A DNA stretch of 64,000 bases from a virus (taxonomy: Duplodnaviria > Caudoviricetes), in IMG/VR virus record IMGVR_UViG_3300006149_000006, positions 31,584-95,583 of that record; one strand, given 5' to 3'. A model generated the notes under the pieces. It was not told the DNA's origin. It saw only the letters and a list, made by a program, of their open reading frames with translations, and searched no databases. Below, in pieces: positions 20,301 through 29,772 of this stretch (position 1 is the stretch's first letter; each line of letters opens with the position of its first letter). A program made the translations under genes and the position numbers.

Positions 20301-23300
20301 TTTGACTCAAGAATGATTCTACAACATCCATATTACTTTCATTCAGACTGTCAAGAATACTCATAGAATCAATATATTCGCCTGCTAATTTACTCCATGC
20401 TATTTGTGCCTCCTCTACGGAGGATGAAGAGTCCGTCATGACCTTAATAAAATCATCAAACGAATCAAGATTGCCAAATGTTTCTGCAAGTTCACTTAAT
20501 GATGCAGCAGATACAGAACCATTTTCGCTGAATTCACTCATTACATCGGACAATCCACTGATATCTTTCTCTGCGTCTGCCAATGTGGAGATTGTATCCG
20601 TTAGCGAGGACATTTCACTTTCTGTATTATGCGCAATCGACGCATTATCTGACTGGACATATCCTAATTCCTCAAGTATATCGATCAAATCTTCTACAGA
20701 GCCGCCATACTCCTCTGCGGCAGCTTGCAGATCCATATATGCACGTTCCTCGGCATTAGAAACAGTTGCCCTACCACTATTTTCAAAGTTATATTTCGTC
20801 TCCAAGAAAACAGTCTTATCAAATTTCCCGCTCTCATCCTGAAACTGTCTGACCGCATTTTTAACCATTTTCCCAACAGAATCTTTACCATCGGATAGTT
20901 TTGCTTTAATGTCAATTTCAAACGCAGTTTTCTTCGCTTTTTCATTGAATGCTTCAATTACATCATTTAAGTAATTTACAATATCTTCATCCTTGATTTC
21001 AGCAATTTTAGGAACAATACCCTGCATATTTTCATATGCTTGTTCTGCGGAATCCTTATTGCTTTCCGCGATTGCGTTTGCATATTCATCTTGGAACTTC
21101 TTGATTTGCGCCATGAGATTTGCAGCATTATTCTTATCGTCTGGATCAAAAGATGCTTGGATTTTTAGCTGAATCATGTTATTATAATTATCAGAAAATT
21201 CGTCAAGAATCTCTTGCGCCTGCTTCTTGGCAGCTGTAACTGCATTTTCCCAGCTCTGGTCAAATGAATCAAGACCAAGAACCTTGTTCAAACTGCGCCC
21301 GTCACGAGAAAGTTCTTTGTCAAGATTGTACATCTGATGATTAACCTCTGCTAATCCGTCGACAGCTGCCCGGGCATCTACTTCAAGTTCATACGCAATA
21401 CGTCCATCTCCAAGTTCTTTGAAATGAACATTATTACCGAATACCGATTCAAAGATTTGCTGAACCTGCTTGTAGATTTCTTTGTTTTCTGGAAGATTGA
21501 TAAAATTGTCATTGGCAATCGTATTATCCATCCCACTACCAAGGTTTTTACGAATCTTTTTCATTTCACTCGCGGCAGTATCAAACGTGTCCTTATTTTC
21601 GCCCAACAGATTTATTGCTTGTTTAGCCGAATAATGATCAAATGCAGAATTTACATCATCTAAACTGCCTTTGAGGATGTCAAACGCCTTTGCTTCATTA
21701 CCAATTCTATCAACAACCTCATCCTGAATTGATATAAGCTGCTTTCTCTTTTCATATGCTTCCTCTTCGGATAGATTACCAGAATCAATCTCTTCACGAA
21801 GTTCTGCAATTTTGGTTTTGTACTCTTCAAGCGATTTACCGGCTTCTAAATAAGACTGAGACGCATCCTTTGCTGCTTGCTGAGCTTCGCGAGTGGCTTC
21901 CTTACTATGTTTTCGCCATTGTGTGATTGCTACTAAACCAGCTAAAAGAGCGGATGCAATAGAAATGATTGGATGTGCTTTCATTACGGCCCATAAGCCC
22001 TTGAGCGCAGCAGACAAACCACCCGTAGCTACTGTCGCCGTTCCCTCTGCGGATGCAAAACTAATTCCAACAACAGCTGCTTCTGCCTGTTCTCTCGTGA
22101 AATTTTCTGTTACAAGAGCCGCAATCGTAGCTTCCTTTGAATAGCCAAGAAGTGCTAACTGTTCTGCAATGACGGCTTTTGTTGTCCCCGCAGAACTTAA
22201 GGCTGTTGCAATTTGAGACGCATTCAGTTTACTTGAATTAATAGCTGCTGCAATTTGTGTTTTAGACATTCCATCTAAAGCTCTTTCCAAGGAGGAAACA
22301 GCTATCACACTTTCGCCCAAAGTCCTTGACAAATTAGCCGCGGATTTAAGTGAACCCAAGTTCTTTACAAATGCTGCAATACCAATACTGGCTATTGCAG
22401 TTCCAAGAGGGCCAAGTGCAGATGTAATAGTCTCAATAATTTCTAAAATTCCGGTAAGAGTATCAACTGCAACCGCAATATCTTCTCTCGGAAACATATT
22501 TTGAATAATTCCGACGCCTGTTTCCGAAAGTGCATTCAACTTATATTCAAGTGATTCAGTGATAATCGCCATCTCTGCATCAGCACTTCCAGCACTATCA
22601 GCCATATTCGCCATGGCCTTTTCAGCGGCCTCAAAATTCTGAAGTATCGCTTGCCCAACGTTTGCCCTATTTTTGCCAAACAGTTTTTCCATCAAGGCTT
22701 GCTGCTGTTTTTCACTAAGTTTATCATAAATTTCTGAGATTTCTTTCAAATAGTTATAAACAGATTTATAATGCTGCTGTGTCTCATCTGTGAACAACGA
22801 AACACCTTGCGCATCTTCTGTAACCTTGGTCAAATCATAGACTTCACCCGATATATTCGCAAGTTCTTCCGAAAGCTCGCCTGTATCCTCTGAGTACCCT
22901 CGCACGCGCATGGACACACTACGAATGGCATTACCTACCTGTGAATCGTTTTGAACGATTTCCTGAGCAGCCGTGAACAAAGCAATATTTTCGTCAAGTG
23001 TAGAATTCATTGCGGCCATCGCTGATGCAGATTTTTGCAACCCAGTTATAATCTGATCATTGGATGTTGCTGCCGTATTGCCAATTTTATTGATCTTTGA
23101 CATTACGCCATCAAGAACGTCATCAACTTCAATTCCATATGCCTTGATTACACTGACCAACCCAGTTGTGGCTTGCTCAATATCAACACCGGGCGATATT
23201 GCAGAGAATTGAGCGGCTAACTTCGCCATAGATTCTGAACTCTTTTTGTCGCTAAATCCAAGACGGCTCCAGTCTGATGCAGACTGTATAATTTCCTTCG

Positions 23301-25377
23301 TCGTCAAGCCAAGCTCTCTCGCTGCCTTGTTTGCATCTTTATAAAAAGCCGTTAAATCCGACCCTGACATAGTAGTTGTTTTTTTCAGATCGACTAGTGC
23401 TGTATCCAACTCTACGATCGTATTGGTTGCTTGCTTAACAGCCTGAATAACTTTACGGATTACCATTACGCCACTTGTCAGACCAAGGAGCTGTTTTGCT
23501 GTATTCTTTAACGAATCAGCGAAAAGATTAGTTGACAGTCCAGCAGCTTTCGCCTGAGATTTAATTTCACCAAATTGAAGTGTAAGATTGCGCAAATCAG
23601 AACTGCTTAAACTGCCGCTTTGCAGCTTTGACATTAGCTTCTGAAGCTCTGCACCAAACCTCTGAGTTGCCTGCTGGTTCAGATTCATCCAAGCCTGAAT
23701 ATTATTTGACAATGTTCTCGCTCTTGTTTGAATCTGATCCGTTTGAATGGCAGTGGACTCTAATGCCGAAAAATTAGCCAAACCCGTTTGACAGTTTTTG
23801 ATAGCTTCTTTCAGCTGATTATATGCAGAAATCTTCCTTTGCGCAGTATCCGCATTATTAACAGCATCCATCAGCGTTTTAAGTTGCGCTATCTGCTCGC
23901 CTAATTCTTGAGGCTTATTTTTCAGATTATTAAATGAGTTTCCTATTCGCTCAACAGTCTGTGGAATGTTTTTCATCGCTGCATCGATTGTATTTGCCTT
24001 ATCTGCGACCTCAGCTTCCGCAGTAGCTAATCTGGCGGCAAGTGATTCAGTTTGCTGTTCATATATCTGTCGCTGTTGAGATAGATTTATAATTTCTCCA
24101 TAAGACACAATTTGAGCATTGATTTGCTCGAACTGTTTTTGATATATGCTTAATTCCTGTTGCAGTGAAGTAATCTTATTAGCATCTTTTGCCGGATCAA
24201 GAGATACTATCTTTTTCTGAAGCTCATTTATTTTAGTAGCCACTTGTCCCAATTCTGCATAAAGACTATTTACATTTCTGATTTTCTCTTGTAATGCCGT
24301 TACATTACTTTGTAATCCATCAAAACTGTTTAGATAAGATGTTAGGCTTGCAGAATCAAATGCACTTCCCAGTTCCGAATGTAGATTTGCAATCTTTTGT
24401 TGAAACTCCTGTGTAAGAAGTCCCGATGCTCGAAGTTTTTCCTCATAAGCATTTAGTTTATCCAGCTGTTCACGGTTAATCGTAGAAACATCTTTTGTTC
24501 GCAATGAAGTCGCGACATATTCGATATTCTGATATGATTGTGCCATCCGCTGCAACGAGACAATTTGCGATTCAATATCGGCTTTTTGCGTCTTACTTAA
24601 GTTTCCAGACGTCTCAGTGAATGATTTAAATTTATCTTGAATCTCAATGTATTTATTATTTAAGGCCTCAAGATGAATCGGATCTAAAATCCCCTTTGAA
24701 GAAGTCTCACCTTTATACTTTGATTGGATATTGTCAAGTATAGACTGCTGTTTCGTCAAATAAGAAAGCCTTTTATCATTATCCAATTCAGCCTGCTTTG
24801 TCAGGCGTTCGTGTTCTTCCCGTTGCTTCTGGACATTTAATGTAATGCTCCTCTGAGTGCTCTCAATTTGCTGACCTTCCATGTCGTACATTTCAAGCAG
24901 GGATACCGTGCGCTGATACTGATCTGTTCCTTGAATCGAAAGGCTTAACGCCCGTTCTTCTGAACCGGCAACTTCAACCCATTTACCTTGAATCTTATCA
25001 ACCCGAATGCCGATATCATCTAAATGTCTCAAAAACGTGTCTTTAATCTGAGGATCTACCTTGAGCCGGTTTAATTCAGCCTGTACGGAAGCAATAGAGT
25101 TTGGTTCAATACCAACCCGCATATTAAGAGGCTGTTGCGGAACCACCCTGCTAACATCAGGTGTATCTGTACGGAGTTGAATTTTCGCTGGGTTTGTCTG
25201 GATTTGTGTTATTAACTGATCTACTGATCTTAAAATATCTGTATTTTCTATCTTTGCTTTTAATATAACCTCTTTGTTTCCAATTCCTTTTAATACAGTT
25301 TGCAGGTCTTTGGATATTTGCGCTGTTGTTTGTGCTATATCCAGTCCTAATACAATAGAACCATCTACATCAGCCAT
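17314..25377 (-). CDS. Tail tape measure protein
   Basis: 2687 aa, helical/coiled coil, TP901-type core LDTALVDLKKTT..SASDWSRLG. Confidence 0.95.
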   Translation of the reverse strand: MADVDGSIVLGLDIAQTTAQISKDLQTVLKGIGNKEVILKAKIENTDILRSVDQLITQIQTNPAKIQLRTDTPDVSRVVPQQPLNMRVGIEPNSIASVQAELNRLKVDPQIKDTFLRHLDDIGIRVDKIQGKWVEVAGSEERALSLSIQGTDQYQRTVSLLEMYDMEGQQIESTQRSITLNVQKQREEHERLTKQAELDNDKRLSYLTKQQSILDNIQSKYKGETSSKGILDPIHLEALNNKYIEIQDKFKSFTETSGNLSKTQKADIESQIVSLQRMAQSYQNIEYVATSLRTKDVSTINREQLDKLNAYEEKLRASGLLTQEFQQKIANLHSELGSAFDSASLTSYLNSFDGLQSNVTALQEKIRNVNSLYAELGQVATKINELQKKIVSLDPAKDANKITSLQQELSIYQKQFEQINAQIVSYGEIINLSQQRQIYEQQTESLAARLATAEAEVADKANTIDAAMKNIPQTVERIGNSFNNLKNKPQELGEQIAQLKTLMDAVNNADTAQRKISAYNQLKEAIKNCQTGLANFSALESTAIQTDQIQTRARTLSNNIQAWMNLNQQATQRFGAELQKLMSKLQSGSLSSSDLRNLTLQFGEIKSQAKAAGLSTNLFADSLKNTAKQLLGLTSGVMVIRKVIQAVKQATNTIVELDTALVDLKKTTTMSGSDLTAFYKDANKAARELGLTTKEIIQSASDWSRLGFSDKKSSESMAKLAAQFSAISPGVDIEQATTGLVSVIKAYGIEVDDVLDGVMSKINKIGNTAATSNDQIITGLQKSASAMAAMNSTLDENIALFTAAQEIVQNDSQVGNAIRSVSMRVRGYSEDTGELSEELANISGEVYDLTKVTEDAQGVSLFTDETQQHYKSVYNYLKEISEIYDKLSEKQQQALMEKLFGKNRANVGQAILQNFEAAEKAMANMADSAGSADAEMAIITESLEYKLNALSETGVGIIQNMFPREDIAVAVDTLTGILEIIETITSALGPLGTAIASIGIAAFVKNLGSLKSAANLSRTLGESVIAVSSLERALDGMSKTQIAAAINSSKLNASQIATALSSAGTTKAVIAEQLALLGYSKEATIAALVTENFTREQAEAAVVGISFASAEGTATVATGGLSAALKGLWAVMKAHPIISIASALLAGLVAITQWRKHSKEATREAQQAAKDASQSYLEAGKSLEEYKTKIAELREEIDSGNLSEEEAYEKRKQLISIQDEVVDRIGNEAKAFDILKGSLDDVNSAFDHYSAKQAINLLGENKDTFDTAASEMKKIRKNLGSGMDNTIANDNFINLPENKEIYKQVQQIFESVFGNNVHFKELGDGRIAYELEVDARAAVDGLAEVNHQMYNLDKELSRDGRSLNKVLGLDSFDQSWENAVTAAKKQAQEILDEFSDNYNNMIQLKIQASFDPDDKNNAANLMAQIKKFQDEYANAIAESNKDSAEQAYENMQGIVPKIAEIKDEDIVNYLNDVIEAFNEKAKKTAFEIDIKAKLSDGKDSVGKMVKNAVRQFQDESGKFDKTVFLETKYNFENSGRATVSNAEERAYMDLQAAAEEYGGSVEDLIDILEELGYVQSDNASIAHNTESEMSSLTDTISTLADAEKDISGLSDVMSEFSENGSVSAASLSELAETFGNLDSFDDFIKVMTDSSSSVEEAQIAWSKLAGEYIDSMSILDSLNESNMDVVESFLSQMGVVNAHGVVLSRLSAEKLNAVVAANGLSQATWEETQKFLEQEGVSKSTQEALRQYRIEQLAAALSATNLATASSSTVSALLSQANAAGVAASSLAALKSSMAALAYDHDTYNPEKSTVGLGGIRAYEKKAAKKNQKEKSEKIEFDFSKIKNIGGGSSGGSGSSSKSEDPTEKLKKELDKLLSDFEHKIFILEKKGVSNATESAADRATKTARQIIDIYHQMQSAVNKQANTYREMGLADNSDEIKELQKQWWEYKENVQDVMTSCYEYIRKEHENTITLNEDWLEGAITKNDRAGVTKYTGEIVAQYKAMQDELHAQAEYYRSLGYSNTSEEVSTLSDQWWQYYNEIKEVSAKAWQEILDNMHGALDEIENVYDTLHNAAQEFADNGYIKVSTFQEIARLGVENLSYLQDENGLLVINEENIQKVIAARTQQMAIETALNYIQQIRQALLDNDTQALMNLATATNIASDSTWDLVYAQLNMLKVSDKMTDDLYNSYLNNINNLRSLADIAVESIGQVDGALEAARKESYEYAKKQSDALDDLLKYVMEMIRQEVKNQIDAINKQVDAMRDLIDAQKKSLDMEREKDKYSQSVAEKTKSLAKLQQQLTLQELDDSRESKAKQEKLREEIAELSKDLSDEQADHAYDATSDALDDMLTAYEKEKNKEIEILENSISSEEKVYRLAIERIQTQWGSLYDQLIAWNTEYGSVINQEISDAWDSACEAVEKYGSYLDAILATQKEIAEYEARSNSSYTYSSGDSGESSGKNNAPNAVGNKGNYDSSGGQELAQAKNIFKQMYRNAQAWAATNDPAERSRLDEANMKLGTQDLARYGIRAYRKNGAWYDADGSLLFEKYKEYIYHNGGVAGDHPTQKQKEIQATLEKGEMVLTEKQQNNLYRVLDKEETLLYKYGNFFEKLAGTNLLTGQMEGQISQLAQPPQNIVERNGGNVYEINVPVQVVQKLDDAEIRGLKRTISDYTIKEIDSAFALRGKRSFRR

Positions 25378-25405
25378 TCTTATTTCACCTCCATAACAGA
25401 TGTTC

Positions 25406-25873
25406 TTACTCTTCCCAATAATATAAATCCGGTCTTTTTACATTTTTTATTTTTACTGGCAGTTTTGATTTGCTTTTAAAATTCCTAATTCCTTCCTCAA
25501 CAAAATGTTCTGCTTTACGATAGACCCATCGTTCCTTATGGTAAAAACCGTCAAAGTACCAATCCTTCTTTACAGTAAAGCCGTCATTTATTAGCCAAAA
25601 AACATTTGCATATTTTTGATTGTGCTCATTGAAAATAGACGGCCTCTTCGAATTTTGAATTTTCAAGACAACAGACAAGGAATTACCTGTTACATCAATA
25701 TCGGCAATATCAGCAACAGAAATGCAATTCCCCATCGTTTCTCGGTTAATTCGTTCCTGAATACATTCTCTTAATAGGTTTGCAGCGTTCACTAATTCCT
25801 GTGAAAATGTCAGACCTGATTTTGACTTTATCTTAGTAATATCAATATTTTTAATAACCTGTTGTAATGACAT
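25406..25873 (-). CDS. Tail completion-like protein
   Basis: Basic 155 aa ORF immediately upstream of the TMP. Confidence 0.5.
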   Translation of the reverse strand: MSLQQVIKNIDITKIKSKSGLTFSQELVNAANLLRECIQERINRETMGNCISVADIADIDVTGNSLSVVLKIQNSKRPSIFNEHNQKYANVFWLINDGFTVKKDWYFDGFYHKERWVYRKAEHFVEEGIRNFKSKSKLPVKIKNVKRPDLYYWEE

Positions 25874-25874
25874 T

Positions 25875-26492
25875 TTATTTTGTGACAGGAAATGAAATCA
25901 CATCTTCATCTATTTTCGGGATACTATTCTTAAATAGTTCAATCAATTCTGTAAATGAATCAGGATCTTCCTCTATTTCAGATCTAAATTTATCTATGAC
26001 ATTTTTCATTACCGTCAATGAATTAGACTTTTTGCGGATACGGACTTCCTTCATATAAGCAAGTTTGTCATTTACCATCTGCTTCAACTCACTAACCAAT
26101 GTCTGATAATTTACATCATTCACATTCTTGACCAGATTAACAGCTTTGCACAGTTCATATGTCTTCTCAATGTCAACAACGTGTTTATTGTCACTGTCAT
26201 CCACTTTGTTAAGTCCACTCTCAAAAACAGGAATATTTGTTGTCATCTGAAGCAATGTAATAATAAACACCGGATCAAGATATTCAGGCATAAAATCACC
26301 GTTATCATCAAAGCACGCATTTACCACACGATTTACGAAAGCTCCTTTTTCCGGAATAGTCAATGCTGTTTTAATCTCAACTTCAATCACTACATTATTA
26401 TTTGAATCTGTTAATTTCAAAACAGTATCTCTGTTTTGCAGCTTATAAATATCCATCAATTTGTTAATAGATTTCTTTGTAATTTTAGCCAT
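25875..26492 (-). CDS. Probable tail assembly chaperone
   Basis: Start MAKITK with AAGGAG RBS; position upstream of the TMP. Confidence 0.5.
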   Translation of the reverse strand: MAKITKKSINKLMDIYKLQNRDTVLKLTDSNNNVVIEVEIKTALTIPEKGAFVNRVVNACFDDNGDFMPEYLDPVFIITLLQMTTNIPVFESGLNKVDDSDNKHVVDIEKTYELCKAVNLVKNVNDVNYQTLVSELKQMVNDKLAYMKEVRIRKKSNSLTVMKNVIDKFRSEIEEDPDSFTELIELFKNSIPKIDEDVISFPVTK

Positions 26493-26569
26493 TTTAATAC
26501 TCTCCTTTGTAATAATAACAATAAACTGCCCTAACAACATTTTGTTAGGACAGCTCCATAGATTCGATA

Positions 26570-27169
26570 TTAGCGCTCAGCCATTTCTATTCGTTCAAAT
26601 TGCGCTAGATTTAACATTACAGTTCGTTTTGGATCGGACGTATGATCTACTATGGCAGTCGCATTTCCATCAAGAAATTGGTAGTATTCAAGAACGATAA
26701 GCGGTTCACGACCATAATTTTCTCTATACTTAACTTGTCCATAGTAACTTTTGTCGGAATCTTTAAGCCAGATTCTAACCCACATATCAGGTTTCAATAC
26801 GTCATCCCAAATATTTTGATGAATAGTCCTTGATATTCTGAATAAAGTAAATGCTTCAGAAATTTTATGAGATGTGACTATCTTAACAGAAACATATCCT
26901 GCTAATACACTGAAACAAAAAACATAAATTAAGTATAAATAATCTGACGTTTCCCAAGTTAAATGAGCAAAGAAAAGTAGACCATTATAGAGAGGAAATA
27001 GAACAAAGCTTGCAATAACACTATTTAAAAGAATATTCGCGGTTTGAGATACCGTGTTTTCATCTTTATATAAAATATACCGATATACTGAAAGAAATAA
27101 ATATCCCGGAACCACATAAAGCAAAAATTCCGTTAAATGCTCAATCAAAGTAAAAATCCAACTATTCAA
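26570..27169 (-). CDS. DUF6338-like membrane protein (moron)
   Basis: YVVPGYL, three TM segments, IWDD...W.RIWLKD...YYG C-terminal beta domain. Confidence 0.7.
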   Translation of the reverse strand: MNSWIFTLIEHLTEFLLYVVPGYLFLSVYRYILYKDENTVSQTANILLNSVIASFVLFPLYNGLLFFAHLTWETSDYLYLIYVFCFSVLAGYVSVKIVTSHKISEAFTLFRISRTIHQNIWDDVLKPDMWVRIWLKDSDKSYYGQVKYRENYGREPLIVLEYYQFLDGNATAIVDHTSDPKRTVMLNLAQFERIEMAER

Positions 27170-27180
27170 CAGCCTCCCTC

Positions 27181-27276
27181 CTATTTATTTGAATTATCTG
27201 GTTTTGGTGGATTATTACCACTATTCCCGGTTGTCTTATTTGTATACGTGTTAGGAACTTTTTTGTCTTGAGCCAT
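27181..27276 (-). CDS. 31-aa peptide upstream of the DUF6338-like gene
   Basis: MAQDKKVPNTYTNKTTGNSGNNPPKPDNSNK with AGGAGG RBS; its stop codon overlaps the RBS of the next gene. Confidence 0.65.
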   Translation of the reverse strand: MAQDKKVPNTYTNKTTGNSGNNPPKPDNSNK

Positions 27277-27306
27277 GATATAGCCTCCTATGATAGAATT
27301 GCTCAT

Positions 27307-27335
27307 ATTATAACATATATTAGACTCCTTGACAA
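27307..27335 (-). promoter_or_regulatory. SigA promoter for the peptide/DUF6338 moron
   Basis: TTGTCA-N17-TATAAT with extended TG. Confidence 0.7.
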
Positions 27336-27394
27336 GTTAGTCATAGCGTTTTGATTATTGTCAATACCGTTTTATCGGTACAGTTTTATGAACT

Positions 27395-27991
27395 TTAAGT
27401 TATTGTAACCTCAAAAATATCTCCCCCTATCGTATCGTCAAATTTGTAAAGTCCTCTAATAAATTTCGTTATATAATCAAGCATCTGTTTATGCGTTTTG
27501 CTTGCTTGAATAAACTCACCAATTACCTGAAGTATTTTCCCTTCCATTTCTTCCAATCTTGCTGGTAATGCACAAGAAATGACAAATCCAGAATCTGGCT
27601 CTCTAATTGTTGTACTTACCTCATGATTCACTGGATCAAAATGAACTTCACGAATAGAGAATTTTCCTTTAGAGTCTTTCCCGCCAATTATATAGTTTCT
27701 AGAAACATAGAGGTCAAATTTCTGATTTTGAAGATAATCAACTGATGCTTTATATGCCATTTTAGGCGTAATAATATCTTTTACAGGATAAACGTTCAAC
27801 GGATCAAGGATTCTCTCTTTCATCGAAAACATGCCAGTTCCGCCAAAAACGACACGATTATTGACCTTAAACACTTTGGGGAACGATTCGTCAAGAATTG
27901 GATTTAATAAATCTGGCATAGGATCAATCTTGCGTCCGTCTGAAATCATAGAGCAAAAATTTTTGCCACAAATACTAATAACAATACTCAC
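27395..27991 (-). CDS. Ntn-hydrolase (proteasome beta/HslV-like fold) protein
   Basis: GTG start after GAGGTG gives (M)SIVISICGKNFCSMISDGR; also KVFKV..VVFGGTG, IIGGKD and DDTIGGDI. Confidence 0.6.
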   Translation of the reverse strand: MSIVISICGKNFCSMISDGRKIDPMPDLLNPILDESFPKVFKVNNRVVFGGTGMFSMKERILDPLNVYPVKDIITPKMAYKASVDYLQNQKFDLYVSRNYIIGGKDSKGKFSIREVHFDPVNHEVSTTIREPDSGFVISCALPARLEEMEGKILQVIGEFIQASKTHKQMLDYITKFIRGLYKFDDTIGGDIFEVTIT

Positions 27992-28013
27992 AAAAAACAC
28001 CTCTCTAGGTGCT

Positions 28014-28042
28014 ATTATACCATGCATTTTTTCACCTCACAA
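28014..28042 (-). promoter_or_regulatory. SigA promoter for the Ntn-hydrolase moron
   Basis: TTGTGA-N17-TATAAT with extended TG. Confidence 0.6.
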
Positions 28043-28125
28043 GCAAAACATTTGTACGTTTCAGATTTGACTGAACCTATATAATCCCCAGATACAGGCG
28101 CCTATCATAAACAAAACTGCTATCA

Positions 28126-28572
28126 TCATTCAAATCCCTTTCTCTGCTGATTCCGTTTTCGCTCTGCTCTTTGCTTTTTTACAAACTCATAGTCGCACCA
28201 TCCACCATCAATTTGTGAATAGCAAATCCACTTATAACAAACATTTGGATATGTAAACCAAAAAAGCTTCCTCTTCAGTAATGCCGTTTGATCAGGATAC
28301 CCTTTTGTATCAATCACCTCTTCCCGTCCATCTTTGTAACGGACAAAAAAATCTGCCACATATTTGACAGGCTGGACAGTTTTATTGTCGTGAATAAATT
28401 TTGGTTGTAGCTCATATGGCTTCTGCAATTCGCAGTAAGCTATATCGCCACTTTCCACCAATGGACAAATTACATCACGATAATATTTCATCTCCAATCT
28501 TGAATCAAAAACAATGCCATTATGTGTTCTCTTTCGTAAATCATCGCTTACGTTAAATTTTGAAGTTTTAAT
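28126..28572 (-). CDS. DUF1064-family PD-(D/E)XK nuclease
   Basis: GIVFDSRLE..YY, LQ..YEL, YVADF, VIDTKG. Probable ATT start after AGGAGTGA; the track extends the ORF to 28617. Confidence 0.8.
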   Translation of the reverse strand: MKTSKFNVSDDLRKRTHNGIVFDSRLEMKYYRDVICPLVESGDIAYCELQKPYELQPKFIHDNKTVQPVKYVADFFVRYKDGREEVIDTKGYPDQTALLKRKLFWFTYPNVCYKWICYSQIDGGWCDYEFVKKQRAERKRNQQRKGFE

Positions 28573-28613
28573 GGATATCACTCCTATCTTAAGCCGAGAT
28601 AAAAAGGAGGGAA

Positions 28614-28904
28614 TCATCCCTCCTCTATCTTCTCGTCTATAATACTTGTTTCTCGCCTGTGTCCGCGAACATGTTTAGGCGTTAAATCATTATTTTCAGG
28701 CTTCTCCACTTCCATAGATACTATTGCATCAAGGGGATCAGAAGACTTATTACGTGCAGCCTGAACACGGCGAAAATATTCAATACCACATTCAGGGCAG
28801 CAAGCAACTCCGCGATAATTAAACGCGCCAAGTTCACTACTTGTCTTATTGCATGGAACAAACATTTTTCCACACACACGGCATGGAATCGTACGTACTG
28901 ACAT
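28614..28904 (-). CDS. Zn-binding hypothetical protein
   Basis: CRVCGK.F.PC and CCPECG motifs. Confidence 0.65.
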   Translation of the reverse strand: MSVRTIPCRVCGKMFVPCNKTSSELGAFNYRGVACCPECGIEYFRRVQAARNKSSDPLDAIVSMEVEKPENNDLTPKHVRGHRRETSIIDEKIEEG

Positions 28905-28919
28905 ATCCTACTACCTCAA

Positions 28920-29729
28920 TTATGCCGCATCTTCCGCTAATTTGCCGAATACCGTCATATCCCAGAACTTAGTGCTGCCATTATTGCAAGAAGAAGCAAT
29001 ACTGGTTGCCTCGAATCCATGCGTTGTCTGGCTATCGCCCATCCCAAGATCAAACGAACCAGTAAAATCCGCATACGGAATAAAGAACTGTACATGATAT
29101 TCATTCTGACACTTATCCTTAGCAAATGCATCAATATACAGCTCTAAAGTTTCAGAATACTGATCAGAGATATTACTAATCACATCACCTTCTACGTTAC
29201 GAGTGTAGTAAACGACAATATCTGTACCATCAGCAAGCTCACCTTCAGCAAACGTCAGTTCCTTCGTAGCAGGATCAAAAGCAAATTTTCCTTCTGCGGC
29301 AGCAGCATCCTGCGTCATACGCTTGTTAATAGTGCTATCCGAATTCTTGACAATAACTTCCTGAATTTCATTTCCAATAGTGCCGACTGCTTTATAAGTA
29401 ATTGTGGCCTTGTTCCCATTAACCTTCAGATAGTCAGGAAACTTTACAGGCGTGGACGTTCTATGCTCACCAACAGAGCCAACCTCCGCCTCAATCAGAC
29501 CAAGGTTAATCATACCACTGGTGCCAGAAACCGTAACAGACTTATTCCGCTTCAGCTGACCAATGGTGCGACCGCCCTTGCCGGCCATAGCCGTGTTCTC
29601 CTGGCTGTTCGCAATCGTGGCATTCTGCAACTCATCCATCGTAAATCGATATGTGCCGCCGTTAATACCAAACGCCATAATCGTCTCAAGACTAGAAATA
29701 GTCAAATTATCAACCGTAAGAGTAGACAT
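28920..29729 (-). CDS. Major tail (tube) protein
   Basis: 269 aa, beta-rich, Q..T....GKGG motif; position in the SPbeta-like tail operon. Confidence 0.75.
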   Translation of the reverse strand: MSTLTVDNLTISSLETIMAFGINGGTYRFTMDELQNATIANSQENTAMAGKGGRTIGQLKRNKSVTVSGTSGMINLGLIEAEVGSVGEHRTSTPVKFPDYLKVNGNKATITYKAVGTIGNEIQEVIVKNSDSTINKRMTQDAAAAEGKFAFDPATKELTFAEGELADGTDIVVYYTRNVEGDVISNISDQYSETLELYIDAFAKDKCQNEYHVQFFIPYADFTGSFDLGMGDSQTTHGFEATSIASSCNNGSTKFWDMTVFGKLAEDAA

Positions 29730-29772
29730 ATTTACCCCCTCCTTTTATTTTGAAAATATTAAACGCCAGAAA

